This document shows positions 1 through 5,019 of a stretch of DNA of 5,629 nucleotides, piece by piece; positions within the stretch are counted from its first letter, which is position 1, and each line of letters starts with the position of its first letter. This DNA is from Leidyana gryllorum EB-2025a (Eukaryota > Protista > Apicomplexa), in the NCBI GenBank assembly GCA_048772705.1, contig JBLWGC010000046.1, positions 1 to 5,629 on the forward strand, read 5' to 3'. The position numbers and the translations under genes were made by a program. Under the pieces are notes generated by a model. It worked only from the letters and a program-made list of their open reading frames with translations, did no database searches and was not told the DNA's origin.

Positions 1-42
1 GTATGTGAAGCCACTGTCTGCGGGATGCCGAGTGCGACCGTT

Positions 43-124
43 GGCAACTTGCCCGAGTGGTTAAGGGGGTAGACTCGAAATCTACTGGGCCTGGCCCGCG
101 CTGGTTCAAATCCAGCAGTCGTCG
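43..124 (+). tRNA. trnS-CGA: tRNA-Ser(CGA), near-intact (one acceptor mismatch A4-C69)
   Basis: Acceptor GGCAACT/AGTCGTC+G; D-loop GAGTGGTTAAG; anticodon arm GTAGA-CT-CGA-AA-TCTAC; long variable arm GGGC-CTG-GCCC; T-arm GCTGG-TTCAAAT-CCAGC. Confidence 0.88.
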
Positions 125-187
125 TGCGATGTGATCGGAGGGTCAAACACAACTCACGCATAAAACTCAACCATGTGTCATCTCCTC

Positions 188-256
188 TGCATCTGCCGGG
201 AATCGAACCCGGGTCGTCTCGATGGCAACGAGACATTCTAACTAGACCACAGATGC
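188..256 (-). pseudogene. trnG-GCC: tRNA-Gly(GCC) copy lacking the D-loop GG
   Basis: Reverse complement GCATCTGTGGTCTAGT--TAGAATGTCTCGTTGCCATCGAGAC...GGTTCGATTCCCGGCAGATGCA. G18G19 are deleted relative to the 4884-4954 copy. Confidence 0.85.
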
Positions 257-377
257 GTGTCACCTTGTTGTTGAAGCTCGTACACGGTAACGGCCGTTTT
301 TATTTTTCTGAACGAAGGGAATCATAAAACTGGGTTGAACGACCATGACGGGCAGTTTGTGGGTACGTACAGTTCGT

Positions 378-451
378 GGGTACATAGCTCAGTGGTTTAG
401 CAGCTGACTGCATATCAGCGCAAGCCCGTGGTTGAACTCCGCGGGTGCTCT
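378..451 (+). pseudogene. trnC-GCA: Degenerate tRNA-Cys(GCA)
   Basis: GGGTACATAGCTCAGTGG...GCTGA-CT-GCA-TA-TCAGC. T-loop is mutated (GTTGAAC) and there is a 2-nt insertion after the anticodon arm. Homologous to 4712-4785. Confidence 0.8.
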
Positions 452-519
452 GAAGATAACCTGAAACGCTCAAAGATGATGGATCTCCATTCCTGATCAC
501 GATGCAATGAGTCTGGAGC

Positions 520-595
520 GGGGCCTGTGGCGGAACATAGCGGGTCTGACTTCAGCTTAGAAAATTGGGCGTTCGAATCACTCAAGTAGACCTCA
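520..595 (+). pseudogene. Degenerate tRNA-Trp-like relic whose anticodon now reads TCA
   Basis: GTGGCGGAACATAGCGGG TCTGA-CT-TCA-GC-TTAGA ... GTTCGAATC resembles eukaryotic tRNA-Trp (GTGGCGCAACGGTAGCGCGTCTGACTCCAGATCAGAAG). D-loop GG is lost and extra bases lie before the 3' acceptor strand. Confidence 0.6.
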
Positions 596-620
596 TGTTC
601 TTCCCGTATGGGGCGCAACC

Positions 621-683
621 TGAGAAGAGTGGGATTCGGGCCGACGCCCTTCCAGCGCTTTGCTCCGTCTACAGCTTCTTGCC
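621..683 (-). pseudogene. Highly decayed tRNA-Leu relic with internal deletion
   Basis: On the + strand, AAGAGTGGGATTCG...ACGCCCTT and CAGCGC...TCTTGCC match the reverse complement of the 3' and 5' ends of the Leu gene at 4341-4420. Confidence 0.45.
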
Positions 684-764
684 AGTGTCTGAATGGCTCT
701 GATGTTTGATTCTAGCTCAGGGGGATCCAGCATCCGGGTCGGTGCCATCTGTCGTCGCAGAAGT

Positions 765-838
765 GGTCGCGTAGCTCAGTCGGTTAGAGCGTGAGCCTAA
801 TAAGCTCAAGGTCCCCGGTTCGAGCCCGGGCGTGACCA
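765..838 (+). tRNA. trnI-AAT: tRNA-Ile(AAT), intact
   Basis: Acceptor GGTCGCG/CGTGACC+A; D-arm GCTC-AGTCGGTTA-GAGC; anticodon arm TGAGC-CT-AAT-AA-GCTCA; T-arm CCCGG-TTCGAGC-CCGGG. Confidence 0.96.
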
Positions 839-938
839 AGTGAGTGGATCTCTGATAAATAGTTGCTCTGGACCCGAGGAAGCCCCAACATTCCGCGACC
901 AATACGGGAGGAACTAGTTACTAAGTCCGAGCTTCCTT

Positions 939-1008
939 GCCGCACCAGCTCCGTCGGTAGACCCCTAGACTTTCAATGGAGAGACCGCGGCTTCGGGCAG
1001 CGCGAGCA
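939..1008 (+). pseudogene. Highly decayed tRNA relic, probably Lys(TTT)-derived
   Basis: AGCTCCGTCGGTAGA...CTAGACTTTCAAT...CGCGGCTTCG resembles AGCTCAGTCGGTAGAGC...GACTTTTAAT...CGCGGGTTCG. Stems no longer pair. Confidence 0.4.
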
Positions 1009-1129
1009 GTCCGAATGTCGGCGTGATCAAGTGAGTGGATCTCTGATACAGATTCGCACTTAGTAACCAATTCCATTTGTATTGATCGTGGAATCTTGGG
1101 CCTTCCCCAGGTACAGGACGAGCTTCCTT

Positions 1130-1200
1130 GCCGCCCCAACTCCGTCGGTGGCGCGCAAGACGTTTGATGGGAGAACCGCGGGTTCGTGCCGGCGCGAGCA
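1130..1200 (+). pseudogene. Second copy of the Lys-like decayed tRNA relic
   Basis: AACTCCGTCGGTGGCGCGCAAGACGTTTGAT...CGCGGGTTCG; paralog of 939-1008. Confidence 0.4.
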
Positions 1201-1251
1201 GTGCTGAACCGTATGTGAAGCCACTGGCCGCAATATGCCAAGTTCGACAGC

Positions 1252-1334
1252 GGCAACTTGCCCGAGTGATTAAAGGGGGTAGACTCGAAATCTACTGGGC
1301 CTGGCTCGCGCTGGTTCAAATCCAGCAGTTGTCG
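1252..1334 (+). pseudogene. trnS-CGA: tRNA-Ser(CGA) copy with damaged D-loop
   Basis: Same body as 43-124 with a fully paired acceptor, but the D-loop reads GAGTGATTAAAG (GG changed to GA, plus a 1-nt insertion). Confidence 0.8.
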
Positions 1335-1398
1335 TGCGATGTGATCGGAGGGTCAAACACCAACGCACGCATGAAATTCAACCATGTACCATCTTCTC

Positions 1399-1469
1399 TG
1401 CATCTGCCGGGAATCGAACCTGGGTCGTCTCGGTGGCAACCACACAGTCTACCACTAAACCACAGATGC
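1399..1469 (-). pseudogene. trnG-GCC: tRNA-Gly(GCC) with broken anticodon stem
   Basis: Reverse complement GCATCTGTGGTTTAGTGGTAGACTG TGTGG-TT-GCC-AC-CGAGA. The anticodon stem is largely unpaired and the T-stem has a mismatch. Confidence 0.85.
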
Positions 1470-1609
1470 GTGACATCTCCATTCCTGAATACAAAGCGAA
1501 GGGTCTTGACTAGTCCAGGCCGTCCAACTTAGGCCGATACATAAAAACCAGGCTCATCGGACACGTGGTTCCAGAGACACACGCCCCTTTCGCAGTCGGG
1601 AAGCTCCGT

Positions 1610-1679
1610 GCAGCCATCTAGTGGTCACGACGTCTGTTTAGCACCCAAAAGGTCCCGAGTTCCATCCTCGGTGGCTGTA
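1610..1679 (+). pseudogene. Degenerate tRNA-Val(AAC) copy (anticodon now AGC)
   Basis: Aligns to 4108-4180 with a 3-nt deletion at the start of the D-arm, an unpaired anticodon stem and T-loop TTCCATC. Confidence 0.8.
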
Positions 1680-1731
1680 ACACGCATCGTTCAGGTGAGC
1701 ATCACGAAATCTACAGCGGAAGACGATCTAT

Positions 1732-1803
1732 ATCCGAGGCCGGGAATCGAACCCGGGTCTTCCGCGTGACAGGCGGAAATACTAACCGCTATACTATCTC
1801 GAG
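1732..1803 (-). pseudogene. trnD-GTC: tRNA-Asp(GTC) with intact core but mismatched acceptor ends
   Basis: Reverse complement CTCGAGATAGTATAGCGGTTAGTATT TCCGC-CT-GTC-AC-GCGGA AGAC CCGGG-TTCGATT-CCCGG CCTCGGA T. Pairs 1-72 and 7-66 are mismatched and the discriminator is T instead of G. Confidence 0.8.
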
Positions 1804-1839
1804 AATCAAAGGAAACAATCCTAAGCGAAATCAACTGTG

Positions 1840-1890
1840 CCCCGAGACCGGGAAACGAACTCTGGTCTTCCGCGTGACAGGCGGACATAC
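1840..1890 (-). pseudogene. 5'-truncated tRNA-Asp(GTC) fragment
   Basis: Anticodon arm TCCGC-CT-GTC-AC-GCGGA and the 3' acceptor strand are present; the 5' acceptor strand and most of the D-arm are deleted. Confidence 0.8.
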
Positions 1891-1971
1891 ACGCCGGCCT
1901 CCAATCCCAGAAGTCTTTCTATTTTGACTCACGATCAGAAAACGTGTAAAGCGGCGAGCCAAGAGCACTCC

Positions 1972-2026
1972 GGCAAGATGGCCGAGTGGTCTAAGGCGCT
2001 GTGTTAAGGCCGCAGTCCAAAGGGCG
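1972..2026 (+). pseudogene. trnL-AAG: 3'-truncated tRNA-Leu(AAG)
   Basis: GGCAAGATGGCCGAGTGGTCTAAGGCG CTGTG-TT-AAG-GC-CGCAG plus variable arm. The T-arm and 3' acceptor strand are absent. Confidence 0.85.
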
Positions 2027-2070
2027 AGGATCTGGGGTTGAGCCTTTCGAACCCCGGGGCAGTTGGACGG

Positions 2071-2150
2071 CCGGGGGTGGCTCAGTTGGTAGAGCATCTG
2101 ACTGTTGTGCTGGCATCAGATAGTAGGCGGTTCGATTCCGTCCCACCGGA
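2071..2150 (+). pseudogene. tRNA-Tyr-type body with a 7-nt intron-like insert; anticodon reads GTT
   Basis: C1-G72 and A73; D-arm GCTC-AGTTGGTA-GAGC; TCTGA-CT-GTT-G-[TGCTGGC]-A-TCAGA; T-arm GGCGG-TTCGATT-CCGTC; one acceptor mismatch (G5-A68). Confidence 0.72.
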
Positions 2151-2245
2151 AGTAGAGGGGTCATCGGCAAACTACTACTCAACCTGATGAGACAGCGTTG
2201 ATAGGCCAACTAGACTACTCCCGCGAGGGTTCCATCTATGTAGTT

Positions 2246-2318
2246 CGGATGGGCTGGCAATCGATCCCAGAACCTTTCGTATACTAAGCCACCGTTTCAT
2301 CATCTGGGCCAGCCTCCC
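2246..2318 (-). pseudogene. Decayed tRNA-Ala relic (loop reads AGT, probably from AGC)
   Basis: Aligns without gaps over 73 nt to the intact Ala at 5247-5319 and retains CTGGGATCGAT. D and anticodon stems are broken. Confidence 0.7.
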
Positions 2319-2323
2319 TCTAT

Positions 2324-2477
2324 GACTACTTCATGGCATTGAGTGGTACTTCACATAGTGATACGAGTCTCTCGACTACCTCATGGCATTGAGTGATACT
2401 TCACATAGTGATACGAGTCTCTCGACTACCTCATGGCATTGAGTGATACTTCACATAGTGATACGAGTCTCTCGACT
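2324..2477. repeat. Tandem repeat, 50-bp unit x3
   Basis: GACTACYTCATGGCATTGAGTGRTACTTCACATAGTGATACGAGTCTCTC at 2324, 2374 and 2424. Units 2 and 3 are identical; unit 1 differs at 2 positions. Confidence 0.97.
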
Positions 2478-2602
2478 GTACCCAGCGGTTTGAACCACCG
2501 ACCAGTCGGCTGTTTGGTCTAGTGGTATGATCCTTCCTCAGGGTGGAAGTAGTCCTGGTTCGATTCCCAGAACAGCCCTCTTGGTCGTCGGTTGACCCGA
2601 CG
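2451..2602 (+). repeat. Inverted paralog of 3114-3266 (tRNA-Pro with both flanks)
   Basis: TCACATAGTGA.ACGAGTCTCTCGACTGTACCCAGCGG.TTGAACCACCGAC upstream and GTCGGTTGACCCGACG downstream occur as reverse complements at 3114-3266. Confidence 0.93.
2508..2578 (+). pseudogene. tRNA-Pro variant (loop TC-AGG-GT) with a T-stem deletion
   Basis: Acceptor GGCTGTT/AACAGCC+C; CTTCC-TC-AGG-GT-GGAAG lacks U33; one G is missing before TTCGA. Confidence 0.82.
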
Positions 2603-2714
2603 GGACAAGTTGCCCTCAGAAACAACACAACCACCTCGTTAGCCCACTTGGGTAGGGAGGGTAACTAGCATCTCAAGAATCGCATTTCGGCTACCTCTTC
2701 CATGTTGCAAACTG

Positions 2715-2786
2715 AGCATTGTAGCTCAGTGGAAGAGTGTTGGGCTCATAACCGAAAGGTCCGTCGACCGAGACGACGCACTGCTA
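2715..2786 (+). pseudogene. trnM-CAT: Eukaryotic initiator tRNA-Met(CAT), mutated
   Basis: A1-U72 (AGCA...TGCT-A); D-loop AGTGGAAG; TTGGG-CT-CAT-AA-CCGAA with one of three G-C pairs broken; T-loop ACCGAGA derived from the initiator-type ATCGAAA; acceptor mismatch at pair 5. Confidence 0.82.
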
Positions 2787-2835
2787 AGTGTGCGCAGAAG
2801 CGAAACAGTTATAGAATAGATTTTCTCGTGAGCAA

Positions 2836-2907
2836 AGCCTTCTGCCGGAATCGAACCGGCGACCTTTCGCTTACTAAGCGAATGCTCTGCCCCTAAGCTA
2901 AGAAGGC
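2836..2907 (-). tRNA. trnT-AGT: tRNA-Thr(AGT), intact
   Basis: Reverse complement GCCTTCT/AGAAGGC+T; TTCGC-TT-AGT-AA-GCGAA; GCCGG-TTCGATT-CCGGC. Confidence 0.95.
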
Positions 2908-2983
2908 AGTACAGGGCGAAGATCACGAATCAGTCACTATTGACGGAGATTACTGGAGCACTTTGCTCGAGTAGTTCAATGAC

Positions 2984-3056
2984 TTCCACTGCCGAGACTT
3001 GAATCCGGATCGTGCGGGTGAGAGCCGCATATCCTAGCCACTTAGACTACAGTGGA
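2984..3056 (-). pseudogene. trnE-CTC: tRNA-Glu(CTC) with T-arm/B-box mutations
   Basis: Identical to 3895-3967 except the T-arm CCGGA-TTCAAGT-CTCGG (invariant G53 changed to A). Confidence 0.75.
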
Positions 3057-3137
3057 CAAGCTCCCGAGCTGAGGCTTCGGACGAGAGTTGTACCATCTTG
3101 AGATGAGGTGGAGCGTCGGGTCAACCGACAAGCAACG

Positions 3138-3209
3138 GGGCTGTTCTGGGAATCGAACCCAGGACTTCTTCCACCCGAAGGAAGAATCATACCACTAGAC
3201 CAAACAGCC
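3138..3209 (-). tRNA. trnP-CGG: tRNA-Pro(CGG), intact
   Basis: Reverse complement GGCTGTT/AACAGCC+C; TGGTCTAGTGGTATGA; CTTCC-TT-CGG-GT-GGAAG; CTGGG-TTCGATT-CCCAG. Confidence 0.95.
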
Positions 3210-3330
3210 ATCTAGTCGGTGGTTCAACCCGCTGGGTACAGTCGAGAGACTCGTCTCACTATGTGAGGCTGGTCCGTGAAATTCAAAATGCGAGGAGTTC
3301 TGGGGTTGGAGGCCGGCGTGTTTACTAGCG

Positions 3331-3402
3331 TCCGAGGTAGTATAGTGATTAGTATTTCCGCCTGTGACGCGGAAGACTCGGGTTCGATTCCCGATCTCGG
3401 AG
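3331..3402 (+). tRNA. tRNA-Asp body carrying a GTG (His) anticodon; function uncertain
   Basis: TCCGAGG/TCTCGGA+G; TCCGC-CT-GTG-AC-GCGGA; TCGGG-TTCGATT-CCCGA. Acceptor, anticodon and T stems pair; D-loop GG is changed to GA. Confidence 0.6.
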
Positions 3403-3455
3403 CAGTTCCAGCCCCTCACAACTGCTGCAACTCAGATTTTGTCTCAGCTGGTCTG

Positions 3456-3492
3456 GACTTCATCCGGCATTGTAAGAGTGGGAGCCGCATAT
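3456..3492 (-). pseudogene. Possible tRNA-Glu internal remnant
   Basis: GACTTCATCCGG...GTGGGAGCCGCATAT resembles GACTTGAATCCGG...GTGAGAGCCGCATAT at 2996-3032. Confidence 0.4.
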
Positions 3493-3540
3493 AGAAGCCG
3501 ACCTTGGAGAGACGTGGCATTGAGTCAACAACTATCAAAC

Positions 3541-3610
3541 GGGCTGTTCTGGGAATCGAACCCAGGGCTTCTTCCACCAAAGGAAGAATATATAACTGGA
3601 CCAAACAGAG
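3541..3610 (-). pseudogene. Degenerate tRNA-Pro (loop TT-TGG-T)
   Basis: T-arm and 3' acceptor strand match Pro 3138-3209; anticodon loop has only 6 nt; D-loop GG is lost. Confidence 0.82.
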
Positions 3611-3625
3611 CGCTGTGGGTGCGTC

Positions 3626-3698
3626 AGGTACTGGCAGGTTCCAAACCTGCGACTTCGTGGCTAAAAGACTTACACTCTGATGGCTGAGCTACGAGGCT
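3626..3698 (-). pseudogene. Decayed tRNA relic, loop reads TTT (Lys-like; identity uncertain)
   Basis: Reverse complement GCCTCGTAGCTCAG...AGAGTG...CT-TTT-AG...GTC GCAGG-TTTGGAA-CCTGC. The T-stem pairs; the anticodon stem does not. Confidence 0.5.
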
Positions 3699-3754
3699 CA
3701 GCTACGATACCTTGGAGTTGCGATAAGCTTGCAGGTACCCATTCGATGCAGTCG

Positions 3755-3826
3755 AGCCTTCTGCCGGAATCGAACCGGCGACCTTTCGCTTACTAAGCGA
3801 ATGCTCTGCCCCTAAGCTAAGAAGGC
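3755..3826 (-). tRNA. trnT-AGT: tRNA-Thr(AGT), intact, identical to 2836-2907
   Basis: 72/72 nt identical by eye; full cloverleaf. Confidence 0.95.
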
Positions 3827-3894
3827 AATGCAGGCCAAAGATCACGAATCAGTCACTATTGACGGGGATTGCTGGAGCACTTTGCTCCAGTAGC

Positions 3895-3967
3895 TTCCAC
3901 TGCCGGGACTTGAACCCGGATCGTGCGGGTGAGAGCCGCATATCCTAGCCACTTAGACTACAGTGGA
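3895..3967 (-). tRNA. trnE-CTC: tRNA-Glu(CTC), intact
   Basis: Reverse complement TCCACTG/CAGTGGA+A; TGCGG-CT-CTC-AC-CCGCA; CCGGG-TTCAAGT-CCCGG. Confidence 0.95.
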
Positions 3968-4107
3968 CAAGTGCCCGAGTTGAGGCTTTGGACGAGAGCC
4001 GTACCGTCTTGAGATCAGGTGGAGCGTCGGGTCAAGCGACGACGAACGGGCTCATCGGATACGTGTGTCCAAAGACACACGCCCCTTTCACAGCCCGGAA
4101 GGTCTGT

Positions 4108-4180
4108 GCAGCCATGGTCTAGTGGTTACGACGTCTGCTTAACACGCAGAAGGTCCCGAGTTCGATCCTAGGTGGCTGTA
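4108..4180 (+). tRNA. trnV-AAC: tRNA-Val(AAC), near-intact (one T-stem mismatch)
   Basis: GCAGCCA/TGGCTGT+A; TCTGC-TT-AAC-AC-GCAGA; CCGAG-TTCGATC-CTAGG. Confidence 0.88.
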
Positions 4181-4228
4181 GCTCGAACATGTGAAGTGAG
4201 CTCCACCCAAAGCGAGGAAACGTGCTGT

Positions 4229-4264
4229 CTTCGAGACAGGGCATCGAACCCGCGTCTTCCGCGT
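4229..4264 (-). pseudogene. 3' fragment of tRNA-Asp
   Basis: CGAGACAGGGCATCGAACCCGCGTCTTCCGCGT matches the T-arm/acceptor half of Asp, in the same module position as 1840-1890. Confidence 0.65.
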
Positions 4265-4340
4265 CTTCAACCCTAGAAGTCTTTCTTCTCGAGAACTTCA
4301 CGGACAGAAAACGTGTAAAGTGGCGAGCCAAGAACGCTCC

Positions 4341-4420
4341 GGCAAGATGGCCGAGTGGTCTAAGGCGCTGTGTTCGGGCCGCAGTCCGAAAGGGCGTGGG
4401 TTCGAATCGTACTGGTGTCA
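4341..4420 (+). pseudogene. tRNA-Leu body with CGG anticodon and damaged 3' end
   Basis: 5' part is identical to Leu(AAG) at 1972 but the loop reads TT-CGG-GC. Variable arm TCC-GAAA-GGG; two acceptor mismatches and one T-stem mismatch. Confidence 0.8.
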
Positions 4421-4490
4421 GCCGTTGTATTGTATTGGTAGGTAGTCCCCTCTCTTCACTGATAGACAGGTCGTTCGAGCTACATACGGC

Positions 4491-4561
4491 TGCACCTGCC
4501 GGGACTCGAACCTGGGTTACGACCTTGGAAGGGTCGCATCTTACCCTTAGACCACAAGTGC
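4491..4561 (-). tRNA. trnG-TCC: tRNA-Gly(TCC), near-intact (one T-stem mismatch)
   Basis: Reverse complement GCACTTG/CAGGTGC+A; CGACC-CT-TCC-AA-GGTCG; CCAGG-TTCGAGT-CCCGG. Confidence 0.88.
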
Positions 4562-4711
4562 AATTGCGAAAGAGTTGCAGCACCCCGAGACACTCGGGCG
4601 ATTTCTGTGCGCCACCGTCCGCCATACACCCAAAATTGTCCAGCGACTTCAGACTCATTGGTATGTGGTCAGGGATGGATTTCCAACATCTTCAACCTTC
4701 AGGTCATCTTC

Positions 4712-4785
4712 AGGGCACGCGCGGAGTTGAACCACGGACTTGCTGATCTGCAGTCAGCTGCTCTACCACTGAGCTGCGCGGACCC
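4712..4785 (-). pseudogene. trnC-GCA: tRNA-Cys(GCA) with intact core but altered 5' acceptor strand
   Basis: Reverse complement GGGTCCGCG-CA-GCTC AGTGGTA GAGC A GCTGA-CT-GCA-GA-TCAGC...CGTGG-TTCAACT-CCGCG CGTGCCC T; 2 extra nt in the acceptor and U8 changed to C. Confidence 0.78.
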
Positions 4786-4883
4786 TCCAAATACCCGTCA
4801 TACCCGCTCAACTCGATTCTGTCTTCTCATTAGATGCAAAACGGCTATTATTGTGCACGAGCTTGAACAACCACAAGAGTCAT

Positions 4884-4954
4884 GCATCTGTGGTCTAGTG
4901 GTAGAATGTCTCGTTGCCATCGAGACGACCCGGGTTCGATTCCAGGCAGATGCA
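4884..4954 (+). tRNA. trnG-GCC: tRNA-Gly(GCC), near-intact (one T-stem mismatch)
   Basis: GCATCTG/CAGATGC+A; TGGTCTAGTGGTAGAA; TCTCG-TT-GCC-AT-CGAGA; CCGGG-TTCGATT-CCAGG. Confidence 0.88.
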
Positions 4955-5019
4955 GAGGACATAGCACATGGTTGAGTTTTATGCGTGAGTTGGTGTCTGG
5001 ACCCTCCGATCACATCGCA

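Larger units (their letters stand above)
829..1200 (+). repeat. Two tandem diverged copies of a ~190-bp unit (Ile 3' end - spacer - Lys-like relic), with the spacer inverted between copies
   Basis: GGCGTGAYCAAGTGAGTGGATCTCTGATA at ~829 and ~1020; CGAGCTTCCTTGCCGC at 928 and 1119; CGCGAGCAGT at 1001 and 1193. Confidence 0.85.
1211..1488 (+). repeat. Direct copy of module A (Ser-Gly), homologous to 1-260 joined to 483-496
   Basis: GTATGTGAAGCCACTG at 1 and 1211; shared Ser-Gly spacer TGCGATGTGATCGGAGGGTCAAACACAAC; ATCTCCATTCCTGA at 483 and 1475. Confidence 0.92.
1551..2026 (+). repeat. Module B (Val - Asp remnants - Leu), direct paralog of 4049-4396
   Basis: Shared flanks GGCTCATCGGAYACGTG...AGACACACGCCCCTTTC, AGAAGTCTTTCT and CAGAAAACGTGTAAAGYGGCGAGCCAAGA occur in the same order. 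Confidence 0.9.
3755..4048. repeat. Module C (Thr-Glu), direct paralog of 2836-3136
   Basis: Shared spacers AAGATCACGAATCAGTCACTATTGACGG, CTGGAGCACTTTGCTC and TCTTGAGAT.AGGTGGAGCGTCGGGTCAA.CGAC. Confidence 0.93.

Noticed and set aside
520-595. tRNA-Sec call for the TCA-anticodon element
   Set aside because: It lacks the long variable arm and extended acceptor and D stems of tRNA-Sec, and the body is Trp-like.
2184-2191. CTGATGAG as a hammerhead ribozyme core
   Set aside because: No downstream GAAA motif or supporting stems were found.
2195-2224. Minus-strand GCGGGAGTAGTCTAGTTGG resembling a tRNA 5' end and A-box
   Set aside because: No anticodon arm, T-arm or matching 3' acceptor strand; too short to call.
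2246-2318. RIP or deamination-type hypermutation as the cause of decay
   Set aside because: Differences from the intact Ala gene include many A-to-G changes and transversions, not a one-directional C-to-T/G-to-A pattern.
2324-2477. 50-bp repeats as a CRISPR array
   Set aside because: Units are head-to-tail with no unique spacers, and no cas genes are present.
2633-2690. Possible tRNA-Phe-like relic (CCTCGTTAGCCCACTTGGG...ATCTCAAG...TTCGG)
   Set aside because: Similarity is weak, no stems pair, and there is no intact paralog in the window for comparison.
4596-4631. Possible second Trp-like remnant on the minus strand at the end of inverted module A
   Set aside because: Position fits, but only a few short words match (TGGCGGA, GGCGC, CAGAA).
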